From contig OX597841.1 of NCBI GenBank assembly GCA_951406725.2, positions 13,330,001 to 13,394,000 of the forward strand: a stretch of DNA of 64,000 bases. The letters run 5' to 3'. The notes below the pieces were generated by a model that made no database searches, was not told where the DNA came from, and saw nothing but the letters and a program-made list of their open reading frames with translations. The DNA is from Octopus vulgaris. Taxonomy: Eukaryota. A program made the translations under genes and the position numbers. Position 1 is the stretch's first letter. Each line of letters opens with the position of its first letter. Of the stretch, positions 14,220 to 26,574 are shown one piece after another.

Positions 14220-14490
14220 TGTGTGTGTGTATAGGTACAGTTGTGTGTGTGTGTGTAGGTACAGCTGTATGTGTGTGTGTGTATAGGTACAGCTGTGTGT
14301 GTGTGTATAGGTACAGGTGTGTGTGTATAGGTACAGGTGTGTGTGCTGTGTGTATATAGGTACAGCTGTGTGTATATAGGTACAGCTGTGTGTGTGTGTG
14401 TGTGTGTAGGTACAGCTGTGTGTGTGTGTGTGTATAGGTACAGCTGTGTGTGTGTGTGTGTGTATAGGTACAGCTGTGTGTGTGTGTGGT
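14220..14490. repeat. Minisatellite ataggtacagct(gt)n
   Basis: About 10 variable-length units. Confidence 0.9.
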
Positions 14491-15929
14491 AAGTAGGTCT
14501 GTGGAGTCGAAGCCAAACACTCCGACTCCCCTCCTACTCACACCTCTGACTCCAACTCCTCTTTATGTCTTAATTGATTCTGCTCTACATCTCTCATGAA
14601 GCAAATTGGGAATCAGAGTCAGTATAGTTTTACTGACTCTGACTCCCACGGCCATATGGATCTTGGTTCAGTCCCACTGTGTGGCACCTTGGGCTGGTGT
14701 CTTTTCCTATACCCCTGGGCTGACCAAAGCCTCTATGAGTGGATTTGGTAAATGGAAACTGAAAGAAGCCTACTCTGTGTGTGTGTGTATATATATATAT
14801 ATATACTACACTCATGGAGTGGTTGGCACTACACTCATGGAGTGGTTGGCGCTACACTCACGGAGTGGTTGGCGATAGGAAGGGCATCCAGCCGTAGAAA
14901 CATTGCCAGATCAGACTGGGCCTGGTGCAGCCTCCTGGCTTCCCAGACCCCAGTTGAACCATCCAACCCATGCTAGCATGGAAAGCAGACGCTAAATGAT
15001 GATGATGATATATATGTGTGTGTGTGTATGGGGGGGCAATAAAGAAATAAATATCTACTAAAACTCATCCGTTTGTCGAGATCATTGACCTTGTTTTTTT
15101 CACTGACTCACAGCAGGTCAAATTAAATCCTATTTCACTTTTTATTTCCATCCAATGTTTTTCGTTTGCATCATTTGTTGTTTATCTTCTTGAAGCTCTC
15201 TCCCGTCCTTCCCTGGATACAGGCTGGGTGCATTCTGACATGTGGCTGCCACCCCACCCTCATCACATGACATCCTACTTACTGCGTTCTGTTAGTTTGT
15301 TTATATTCTATAAAATTTAAGAAATAGGAGCCAGCATGGTTGTGTGTGTGGGTGTGCATGTGTGTGTGTGTGCAGGATTGGCTGTGGGGTTAAGAAGCTT
15401 GCTTCCCAACCACAGGATTTTGGGTTCAGTTCCACTGTGCACCCCTCTGAAGTGTCTTCTAATAACCTCAGGCTGACCTCATGAATGGATTTGGTAGACG
15501 GAAACCTAATCCATTCATCAGGCTTCGATCAGCTCAAGGCTATAATAGAAGACATTTAGCCAAAGGGCCACGGAGTGGGACTGAACCTGGAACCATGTGG
15601 TTGGGAGCTAGCTACTTACCACACAGCCATTCCTGTGCCTATAATATATATATGACGGGCTTCTTTCAGTTTCCGTCTACCAAATCCACTGACAAGGTTT
15701 TGGTCAGCCTGTGGCTATATTAGAAGACACTTGCCCAAGGTGCCACGCAGTGGGACTGAACCCAGAACCATGTGGTTGGGAAGCAAGTAGCCATACCTGA
15801 CAATGACAAATCCCTTAACCCCTTGGGAGCATGGTGGGGCAGAGCACTGTAGCCATACAGTGTGTCTAGGGTGAGAAAGCCTGGCGGAATCCATCCGTCT
15901 CCAGGCTAAACTCATATATATATATATAT

Positions 15930-15972
<43 letters not shown>

Positions 15973-16049
15973 TACACATATACACACTTTTGTCTTTTAC
16001 TCGTTTGTCATTAGACTGCACCTGTCTATATAATTAATATTTCTATTAT

Positions 16050-16154
16050 CTAATTCGTTTTCCTTTTCTTTCTTTTACAGGTGAGTACATCCAATTGGCT
16101 CTTCCCTACCTTTTATTAATTCCGTTCTCCTTTTTACACATGGAATCGGTGAGT
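16050..16154 (+). other. Candidate recursive splice site (ratchet point) with a 68-nt RS-exon
   Basis: Branch-like CTAAT at 16050, pyrimidine tract ttcgttttccttttctttctttt, acAG|GTGAGT at 16080/16081, and a second donor cg|GTGAGT at 16149. Confidence 0.55.
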
Positions 16155-16339
16155 TTTTCCGGTTTGTTTGTTTACCAAAAGACTATAATAATTTGTTTGA
16201 AGCACTGCAGTATATGTATACGAGACAAGCGTTTGACAAAACATCTTCTGAGCAAGTAGGAAGTTGGAAGTTAGGTAAACTAATACGAGGCAATGTCTAT
16301 AATGAGAAAAGGTATTGTTTTACTTTGTTACGTCTGGAA

Positions 16340-16572
16340 GTGAGTCATTCTGTGTTAATGCTTTATTAATTAACACACTCACTGGTTTGATTTCCACTCG
16401 CTTACTTTTTGTTTTTTTTTACTAATTTTCATTGCTTCTTGCAACTTCTTCAATAGTTGTAGGCTCTGACCGTTGTAGGAGCCTCGTTCTTTTTCTCAAT
16501 AAATAAGTAAATGAGTGGAAACTGAACCAGTGTGTGTGTTAATTAATAAGGCATTAAAACAGATTGACTCTC
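16340..16572. repeat. Fold-back inverted repeat (~65-bp arms)
   Basis: gagtcattctgtgttaatgctttattaattaacacactcactgg...ccactc versus gagtggaaactgaaccagtgtgtgtgttaattaataaggcattaaaacagattgactc. Confidence 0.8.
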
Positions 16573-16639
16573 CCCAGACACAACAAAATATGCTTCAACA
16601 CACAAATTTAGAATCTTGCAAATATTGTTTTACCTTATA

Positions 16640-17042
16640 ATAATGAAATTATTGTGTATAGTGCTCAGGTGCACTACAGCTTATTAAAGGTGTATGTACA
16701 GTACATAGAATTATGTACAAAAGTCAGGAGTGCATGCGTATGGAGTGGGGTGGGAATATCAGATTTTGTGTTGGTGAATTTCGGGAAGCATGGAGGATTT
16801 AAAGGATTCAGTGTCTCGGCAACTAACAACTGATGCAGGTAGTTTGTTCCATGCTTCAGCGACTCTGAGTGTGAAGAAATGTTTCCGAAAGTCAAGGGAG
16901 CTGTGCTGTTTCCTGACTTTGTAGGGAATGCCCACATGTGTTGGACACATGGAGCTCAAAAAGGTGAAGGAGGTGGTTGTTGGTGCGATGGTTAATAATT
17001 TTATGGGTGTTTACCAAATCAGCTGCCAGACGTCGGAGCATC
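16640..17042 (-). mobile_element. CR1-like LINE 3' fragment (second family)
   Basis: LRRLAADLVNTHKII and RKHFFTLRVAEAWNKLPASVV...FKS across frameshifts. Confidence 0.8.
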
Positions 17043-17255
17043 AATGGTCGCAGCCAAGTGACTGAAACAAGTAAAAGAATATGATTTATAGACACATAGG
17101 TGTGGCTGTGTGGTAAGAAGCTTGCTTCCCAATCACATGGATCCAAGTTCAGTCTCATTGGATGGCACCATGGGCACGTGTCATTTATTATAGCCTTGGG
17201 CCAACCCAAGCCTTGTGAGTGGATTTGGTAGATGGAAACTGAAAGAAGCCCACTA

Positions 17256-17287
<32 letters not shown>

Positions 17288-17288
<1 letters not shown>

Positions 17289-17612
17289 CATCATCATCAT
17301 CATCATCATTTAGCGTCCGCTTTCCATGCTAGCATGGGTTGGACGGGTCAACTGGGGTCTGTGAAGCTGGAAGGCTTCATCAGGCCCAGTCAGATCTGGC
17401 AGTGTTTCTACGGCTGGATGCCCTTCCTAACGCCAACCACTCCGTGAGTGTAGTGGGTGCTTTTTACGTGCCACCTGCACAGGTGCCAGACAGAGCTGGC
17501 AAACGGCCACGAACGGATGATGCTTTTACGTGTCACCGGCACAGGGCCAGGCGATGCTGGCAACGGACACGAACGGATGGTGCTTTTACGTGCCACCGAC
17601 ACGGGGCCAGAC
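17288..17612 (-). mobile_element. Short retroelement family 2 with an RTE-type (GAT)n tail and internal tgcttttacgtgccacc repeats
   Basis: Signature ggcgttaggaagggcatccagccgtagaaac...catgctagcatggaaagcggacg(t/c)taaa(c/t)gatgatg. Further copies at ~1490-1730, 9820-10060, 13250-13470, 14805-15010, 19500-19970, 20800-21140, 50880-51340, 52020-52205 and 61403-61590. Confidence 0.75.
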
Positions 17613-17617
17613 AGAGC

Positions 17618-17655
<38 letters not shown>

Positions 17656-20600
17656 TACACACGGGTGTCCCTCAGCACAGCTTGACGAACAGTGTTGGTT
17701 TGTTTACATCCTTGTAATTTAATGGATCAGCAAAAAGAAGTCTGATAGAATGAGCGCCAAGCTTAGAAATGTTCCTGGGGGTCAATTCATTTGACTAAAG
17801 TCTTGAAGATGGTGCCCCAGCATGGGCAAAGTCCTATGAATGAAACAAGATATTTCATGTTTTATGCTCTGTATGTGTACATGCGCGCGCGCGTGTGCAT
17901 GCATGCATGCATCTAGTATACACACAAATATATCTGTGTATAGACTTACAGATATGTATATGCATTTATATACATATGCATTTATATATATATATACACA
18001 CACTTGTATATGTGTATGCACTTTTATACACACACACACACACACGTGTATATACACTCACACACATTCATTTATATATGTATGTGTGTGTATATATATA
18101 CATACACACACATACGTGTATATATACTTATACAGGTATATATGTATGCACACATACCCACTCATATATATATTCACATACACACATGTGTATATACATT
18201 TATATATGTATATATTATGCACGTTTATAGTTAAAGATATATATATGTACATATATACATACACACACACACACACACATTAGCTGCTTGTCTTTATCGT
18301 CCGTGTGATAACCTTTTTAAACATAATTTAATCTCAAATGCCATTCCTGTGTGTGTGCCTGCCTTATCTTCGTAACAGACTGCCACAGAATTCGACTATA
18401 AACAAGAATGGAAGTCTTAGAGAGCAGCGCCTGCAGAGAATTCCTACATTTGGTAAAGTGAATCAACTCAGAGAAGTGTCGGTTCTACGTGGTCGTAGGA
18501 TTTGCTGGAAATAGCAGTGAAATCTTTCTCGTATCATACATTGCTGTATTACAATAGGAGGAGGAAAAAAAGAGGAATGATGTGTTTGATTAATGTAGTC
18601 CTAGATAGGCTATGCCTTAATAAAAGATGGGCTGGTCATGGCTGGAAAGCTTTTACTTGTTTGTCATTTGACTATGGCCATGCTGGTGCACTGTCTTTAG
18701 TTGAAGAAATTGACTCCAGGACTTATTCTTTGTAAGCCTAGTACTTATTCTATCAGCCACTTTTGCTGAACTGCTAAGTTACAGGGATGTAAGCACACCA
18801 ACATCAGTTGCCAAGTGATGGAGGGGGGTGCAAACATATACACACACGTGTGTGTGTGTGTGACAGGCTCCTTTTAGTTTCCGTCTACCATATTCACTCA
18901 CAAGGCTTTGGTCAGCCCGAGGGTATAGTAGAAGACACTTGCCCCAGGTGCCATGCAGTGGGACTGAAACCGGAACCACGTGGTTGGGAAGCAAGCTTCT
19001 TTCCACACAGCCACTCCTGTGCCTTTGATTAAGATCTGAAAAGATGGTCATATTTGGAGGTCTGCTGGATCAGGACTGGTCTTAGAGGTAAGGTACCAGA
19101 AATGACACATTGGATTATGTAGTCCTAGATGCACTATGCCTTAACAACAGATGGCGTGGTCAAGGCTTGGACATACTTGATTGGTCCACTCAGGATTGCT
19201 GTATTCATCATCATCAAATGTGCGTAGCTCTGTTCTCCGTGTTGGAATGGTTGGATGCCCTTCCCTATGTCAACCAGTTTACAGAGTGGACCGGGTGGTT
19301 TTTTTTCTGTGGTACCAGCACCTGTGGGGGTCACCAAGTAAGTAGCAAGACAAAGCCCCTTGACTGAGAGGGGGGGGGGGGTAGTATTTAGGGAGGTGGC
19401 TTTTGTGCCAGTTGATGAGGGGTTAAAAGAATGAGGGAGAGAGAGAGAGAGAGAGAGATAGGGGTCTTGCTGTAGAAGAGATGCAAGGGTCCCCCAGTTG
19501 GAGAAGAGCTGCCATGGGTTGAGCAGTTTGACAGGAACTGGCAATGCCTGGAGCCACACCAGGTTCCATAATCTGTTTGGCATAGTTTCTACAGCTGGAA
19601 GCCCCTCCTTATGCCAACCACTTGACAGAATGTACTGGGTGCTGTTTATGTGGAACCATCAACAGTGCTTTTTTACGTGGCACCAGCACTTTTCCATATG
19701 GCACCATCAGCAGTGCCTTTTCTGTGGCACCATCACCAGTGCTTTTTTTAAGTGGCACCGTCAGCAGTGCTTCTTATGTGGCACCAGTGCTTTTTACGTG
19801 GCACCTGCACGAGTGCTTTTTTAAGTGGCACCACCACCAGCATTTTATGTGACACCAGCACCAATGCTTTTCAGGTGGCACCATCACCAGCACTTTTTAC
19901 GTGGCTCCAACACCAGCGCCATTCACCAGTGCTTTTTACATGGGTCCAGCATCAATGCCAATGCATCTTGTGTGGAACCTAGATTTTAGGATATCAGTTT
20001 TGTTAAATGGACAAAAAAAAGCAGAGCTGACCTCATGGAGATCTGAAGAAGAAGAAATACCGGCCGACTCAGTGCTGTTCAACGGCGTCTGATTCCTTAC
20101 TATCAACCCCAGCACTTTTATCAATTCTGGAACAACGAAAAGTGAAGTTGACCTCAGCAACAACAACAATAATAATAATAAACACTGCTGTTAACGAAGA
20201 TACGATGGCATTAAACTGTTAAGTGCAGGAGGAGATAAAACGAGATTTGAAAGAGATAAAATAACTTATTTAGGTTTTGAGGTCTTGTCGGAGATGTTTA
20301 AATTAGAGTTACTGAATTTTTGCCTGGTATTTCTGGTGGTGGAGGGCTGACTGGGGTGGTGTTGCTGGGTACTTGAAGGGTGGATACCAACTGGAGTTTC
20401 TAGAATTCTTTTGGAATTCTACAGATAGACTACATATTTTTAAGAGGAGGGTTTGAATTTTAGGGATTTTGTTTTGAAGATATTTCTGTTTCATTCGGGT
20501 GGGGTCCTTATACACACTCACACATACACGTGTGTGTATATACACACACATAGAGAGAGAGAGAGAGAGGGAGAGAGGTTTGCTTCCCAACCACATGGTT

Positions 20601-21156
20601 CTGGGTTCAGTCCCACTACGTGGCACCTTGAGCAAGTGTCTTCTACTATAGCCTTAGACCAACCAAAGCCTTGTGAGTGGATTTGGTAGATGGAAACTGA
20701 AAGAAGCCTGCTGTGTGTGTGTATGTATGTATGTATGTATGTGTATATACATATATATATATATACATACATTATATATATATAAAGTACCTTTGAATCG
20801 TTGAGATTGTAGTGGGTGCTTTTTATGCGCTACTAGCACGGGAGCCAGTCAGTCGGCACTGGCATCGGCCATGTTCAGATGGTGCTCTTTACGTGCTACC
20901 AGCACAGTAGCCAGTCGCGGCAGGAGGCTGCACCAGGCTCCAGTCTGATCTGGCAGTGTTTCTACAGCTGGATGACCTTCCTAACGCCAACCACTCCGTG
21001 AGTGTAGTGGGAGCTTTTTACATGCCACAGGCACGGAAGCCAGTTGAGGTGGGGCTGGCATCGACCACGTACGGATGGTTCTTTTTACGTGTCAGGGGAG
21101 GCTGGCAACGGCCACGATCGGTGGGTGATTTTTACGTGATTTATATATCATATTTA

Positions 21157-21478
21157 TGTATAACCTCTCGAAAGAGCTGTTCTTCACTCCTACTCCAGAG
21201 CGCCGGCTGCGGGGTCATTCTGAAAAGCTCTATCTGCGACAATTTCATCTCAATCGAAGGAGAGGGGCTTTCTTCGTCTGGGTTGCAGATCCGTGGAATA
21301 AGCTGCCGGACGAGATAGTGAAGATGCCGACGACCGCTCGGCTCAAAGTCTCCCTTGACCACAAGTGGCCTGAACTCCTTACATGAACACCACACTGTAC
21401 ATAACTCCATGTCCCCCTACATGGCCTTGCTTTTTGCTTTTTGAGCCAAAAAATTAACTAACTAACTAACTAACTAAC
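21157..21478 (+). mobile_element. CR1-clade LINE 3' fragment (same family)
   Basis: Homologous to 5095-5404, with an (AACT)n tail. Confidence 0.9.
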
Positions 21479-22202
21479 ATATACATCATATTTATATATA
21501 TATATCATATTTATATCCACATATGTACGTATCTGTGTGAAACGAAAGATCTCAGATGTGACTAACATAAAAATAATTTCAAACTTCTCCAAGAATGTCG
21601 ATGTCTTAGCGATATATTTCCTTCTTGGCGTTTATCAGATGTCTGCCTCCAGTTGCATGGTATCCTGTCTGCATCCGATGCTGCTGCTGCTGCTGCAAAG
21701 AACGGTTGCTCAGTGTTCGCTTCAGCTCTGGCAAAAGGGAAATACCATGCGAGAATTTCAGTAGAAAGTTGATGGTGGTGGTGGTGGGCGGTGTCATGGT
21801 TGTTGTGGAGGTGGTGGTAGTGGTGGCTTTTGTGGAGGTGGTGGTGTCAGTAATTGTGGTAGTGGTGGACATGATGGTTGTGGTGGAGAAGTGGTGGTGG
21901 TCATCTTCAGTTGTGGAGGTGGTGTTGGTGGTAGTTGTGAAGTGGTGGCATTGGTGTGGTTCTTGTGAAGGTGTTGGTGGTAGTGGTAGCAGTGGTGGTG
22001 GTAGTTGTGGAGGTGGTGGTTGTAGTCACAGTGGCTGTTGTGGTGGTTGTTACAATGGTGTTGGTGATAATTGTGATGTTGGTGGTGATGGTGGTTTTCT
22101 CACCAGTGATGGTTGTAGTGGTAATTACTACTACTTGTGGTAATGATGGTTTGTTAGTAGTGGTGGTCATGGCATTAATTATACTGATGTCAGTAGTGGT
22201 GG

Positions 22203-22251
<49 letters not shown>

Positions 22252-22254
<3 letters not shown>

Positions 22255-24995
22255 GTATGTAGAAAAATACAACATGGACAAGAACGTATAACTCTTAGAA
22301 GACGACACAATAAACACAGACAGGACATTCGAAACCCTCAGTCTTCAGTCAAGAACCGGATCATCGTAGTAATTTCGGCTGATTAATCTTGAGATTACTA
22401 GATCACGGCCAGCCCTCCAAGAAAAACAAGCAACGAGCATTAGAAAAACTAAGCTGGAAGCGTAGATTTCCTGGAAGAAGGATCGAATGCATACGAACAC
22501 CAGGACAGCAAAAGGGACAGATATAAAAAAAACAAAAAACAATAATGGAATACAGAAACATGAAATACAGAAGCATTAACGGTGAAAACAACGGTGTCTT
22601 ACGACTGATAACAAGCAAACAAATTTTTTCTCTGGCGCAATGGAAAAAGCCTTTATAGTGGCGGACGAAAACAGCGATGTTAACAGAACGAGGGTCAGAG
22701 GCTGAAAGGCAGATTTCGGCCAACAGTCACGTGACAGAGAAGAGGGAAAAGAAAAGAAAGAGAAGCAAAGGAAGAGAGAGAGAGAGGAGGGACAAACGCA
22801 ACAAAGAGAGAGAAGAGAGAGAAAGAAGGAATCAGAGAGGAGAAGGGATGGGTGTCGAAGAATGACCTGTGAGTGCAGAGCGAGACAAAGAAATAGGAGG
22901 GTAGTGGAAGACTAGACCAAAGAATCAGAGGAAAGAGAAGAGAAAAAGAGGATGAGTAGAGAGAAAAGAGAGAGAGGGGGACAGATCAAGTAAAAATGAG
23001 AGAGAGAGAGAGAGACAAACAGAGAGTCGTACCAATTATTAAGAATATGTGCTCACATAAATGTTAAGGGGGGTACGGGGCGCCTGGAATATATGTTAAG
23101 GTATGTAGAAAAATACAACATGGACAAGAACGTATAACTCTTAGAAGACGACACAATAAACACAGACAGGACATTCGAAACCCTCAGTCTTCAGTCAAGA
23201 ACCGGATCATCGTAGTAATTTCGGCTGATTAATCTTGAGATTACTAGATCACGGCCAGCCCTCCAAGAAAAACAAGCAACGAGCATTAGAAAAACTAAGC
23301 TGGAAGCGTAGATTTCCTGGAAGAAGGATCGAATGCATACGAACACCAGGACAGCAAAAGGGACAGATATAAAAAAAACAAAAAACAATAATGGAATACA
23401 GAAACATGAAATACAGAAGCATTAACGGTGAAAACAACGGTGTCTTACGACTGATAACAAGCAAACAAATTTTTTCTCTGGCGCAATGGAAAAAGCCTTT
23501 ATAGTGGCGGACGAAAACAGCGATGTTAACAGAACGAGGGTCAGAGGCTGAAAGGCAGATTTCGGCCAACAGTCACGTGACAGAGAAGAGGGAAAAGAAA
23601 AGAAAGAGAAGCAAAGGAAGAGAGAGAGAGAGGGAGGGACAAACGCAACAAAGAGAGAGAAGAGAGAGAAAGAAGGAATCAGAGAGGAGAAGGGATGGGT
23701 GTCGAAGAATGACCTGTGAGTGCAGAGCGAGACAAAGAAATAGGAGGGTAGTGGAAGACTAGACCAAAGAATCAGAGGAAAGAGAAGAGAAAAAGAGGAT
23801 GAGTAGAGAGAAAAGAGAGAGAGGGGGACAGATCAAGTAAAAATGAGAGAGAGAGAGAGACAAACAGAGAGTCGTACCAATTATTAAGAATATGTGCTCA
23901 CATAAATGTTAAGGGGGGTACGGGGCGCCTGGAATATATGTTAAGGTATGTAGAAAAATACAACATGGACAAGAACGTATAACTCTTAGAAGACGACACA
24001 ATAAACACAGACAGGACATTCGAAACCCTCAGTCTTCAGTCAAGAACCGGATCATCGTAGTAATTTCGGCTGATTAATCTTGAGATTACTAGATCACGGC
24101 CAGCCCTCCAAGAAAAACAAGCAACGAGCATTAGAAAAACTAAGCTGGAAGCGTAGATTTCCTGGAAGAAGGATCGAATGCATACGAACACCAGGACAGC
24201 AAAAGGGACAGATATAAAAAAAACAAAAAACAATAATGGAATACAGAAACATGAAATACAGAAGCATTAACGGTGAAAACAACGGTGTCTTACGACTGAT
24301 AACAAGCAAACAAATTTTTTTCTCTGGCGCAATGGAAAAAGCCTTTATAGTGGCGGACGAAAACAGCGATGTTAACAGAACGAGGGTCAGAGGCTGAAAG
24401 GCAGATTTCGGCCAACAGTCACGTGACAGAGAAGAGGGAAAAGAAAAGAAAGAGAAGCAAAGGAAGAGAGAGAGAGAGGAGGGACAAACGCAACAAAGAG
24501 AGAGAAGAGAGAGAAAGAAGGAATCAGAGAGGAGAAGGGATGGGTGTCGAAGAATGACCTGTGAGTGCAGAGCGAGACAAAGAAATAGGAGGGTAGTGGA
24601 AGACTAGACCAAAGAATCAGAGGAAAGAGAAGAGAAAAAGAGGATGAGTAGAGAGAAAAGAGAGAGAGGGGGACAGATCAAGTAAAAATGAGAGAGAGAG
24701 AGAGACAAACAGAGAGTCGTACCAATTATTAAGAATATGTGCTCACATAAATGTTAAGGGGGGTACGGGGCGCCTGGAATATATGTTAAGGTATGTAGAA
24801 AAATACAACATGGACAAGAACGTATAACTCTTAGAAGACGACACAATAAACACAGACAGGACATTCGAAACCCTCAGTCTTCAGTCAAGAACCGGATCAT
24901 CGTAGTAATTTCGGCTGATTAATCTTGAGATTACTAGATCACGGCCAGCCCTCCAAGAAAAACAAGCAACGAGCATTAGAAAAACTAAGCTGGAA
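22252..24995 (-). mobile_element. Tandem array of an ~845-bp non-coding retroelement-like unit (3 full copies plus a 208-bp partial) inserted in (TA)n; Penelope-pLTR/retrozyme-like
   Basis: Units start at 22252, 23098, 23943 and 24788 and are almost identical. (TA)n lies on the left, and atatat plus GAT/GTG-rich host sequence on the right. The terminal 208 bp are homologous to dispersed TA-flanked copies at 34.2 and 39.4-39.9 kb. No credible ORF. The array is directly visible; the class assignment is inference. Confidence 0.85.
22332..22414 (-). ncRNA. Hammerhead-like motif with non-canonical strand order (repeated at 23178-23260, 24023-24105, 24868-24950)
   Basis: Minus strand reads GUAA-UC-UCAAGA-uuaau-CAGCC-GAAA-UUAC...UCUUGA-CUGAAGA-cugag-GGUU. 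Stem I is UCAAGA/UCUUGA, stem III is GUAA/UUAC, and the triplet is AUC. Confidence 0.4.
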
Positions 24996-25383
24996 ATATA
25001 TGATGTTGATGAAGTTGTTTAACTTTCGGTTTCCCTATCAAGGGCAATCCAACATTGACCATCCTGTCTGTGTGTATCAAGGAATATATTGCACAATCTA
25101 CTCATGATAGATTAAGATTGGTGGTTGGGGTTTAAGGGAGGTTTCACTGCTATTTCTAGGAAGGTGAGTGACTGCATACAGGCCGTCATCACGATGGTGG
25201 TGGTAGATATGGATGCACACACACACATGTTCATATACACATTCATATACATGTGTGTGTATATAATTTAGAAATGGAATAAAATCTTTATAAGAATTTA
25301 TCAAGTAGTCAGTGTGAAAAACCTCATAAGAGAAAAAAAACACCAGTTTTTTCACTTAAATATATTTATTTATATGTATGCCC

Positions 25384-25433
<50 letters not shown>

Positions 25434-25481
25434 GTGTGTGTGTATATATAATCCAAATAACACAGATACAGGTATCTACAT

Positions 25482-25528
<47 letters not shown>

Positions 25529-26574
25529 CAAATATATATACGTTTATATACATACATGGAGATATATACAAAAGTTTATATATGTATGTACGTGTATCAA
25601 CATTGTCTATATTCATACCCATAGAACACATGTATACGTATGTGTATATAGTTACGTGTGTATGTGTGTATATATATATAAACAGATGCAATACATACCT
25701 GTGTACCTGTGTACCTGTATATATATAGATATACATTTATGTATATATACACATATACTTAGTGTGTATGGAGGAGGAGGAGGAAGAATACCAATGCTAA
25801 GAATACCATTGGCATTTGTAGAAGTATGTCAGTGTTTGTTGTAGTAGAAGTAGTAGCAGCAGTGGTACCTGGGGTGGTGGTGGTGGTGGGGTGAATGACA
25901 AACCTCCAGATACAGCGCCCCTCCCCTCTAACACACTAGAGCAACACCTACAGACCGTCTGAGGAACCAGCAGTTGCATCCATTTTTAGGCTTTTTATAT
26001 ACTGTGGGGTTGTGTGTGTGTGTATGTGTATTTGTGTATGGGTGTGTGTGTAATGTATTTATGTATGGATGCTTGTATATATGCGTGTGGTTGTGTGTGT
26101 GTATGTGTACTTGTGTATGATGCTTGTATATATGCGTGTGTGTGTGTGTATATGTATTTCGTGCTAGCGCGGAAAACGGACATTAAGCGATGATGATGAT
26201 GATGTATGGGTGTGTGTGTGTATTCACTCTGGTTCTATGTTGGTTGTGATCGACGAGGGTTTTCAGTTCGTCCGAACAACGGAACAGCCTGCTTGCGAAA
26301 TTAATGTGCAAGTGGCTGAGCGCTTCACAGAAATGCGTGCCCTTAACATGCTTAATGTAGTTCTCGGGGAGCTTCAGCGCAATGCAGCATTTGACGAGGC
26401 TGGACCCTTGTGAATTACAGGTACAACTCACTTTTGGCAGATGAGTGGACTGAAGCAACGTGAAATAAAGTGTCTTGCTCAAGGTCACACTGCACCACTG
26501 GGAATTGAACCCACGACCTTACAATCATGAGACTAATATCCTAACCATGAAGCCCTGCATCTGTGTGTGTATAA

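Noticed and set aside
22321-22354. Canonical type I hammerhead reading CUGAAGA...CGAAU...GUC on the minus strand
   Set aside because: No stem II hairpin, GAAU instead of GAAA, and the sequence after GUC does not pair with the strand before CUGAAGA. The permuted reading fits better.
22345-22865. Short ORFs repeated in each 845-bp unit
   Set aside because: No RT, endonuclease or other domain similarity; their recurrence only reflects the tandem duplication.
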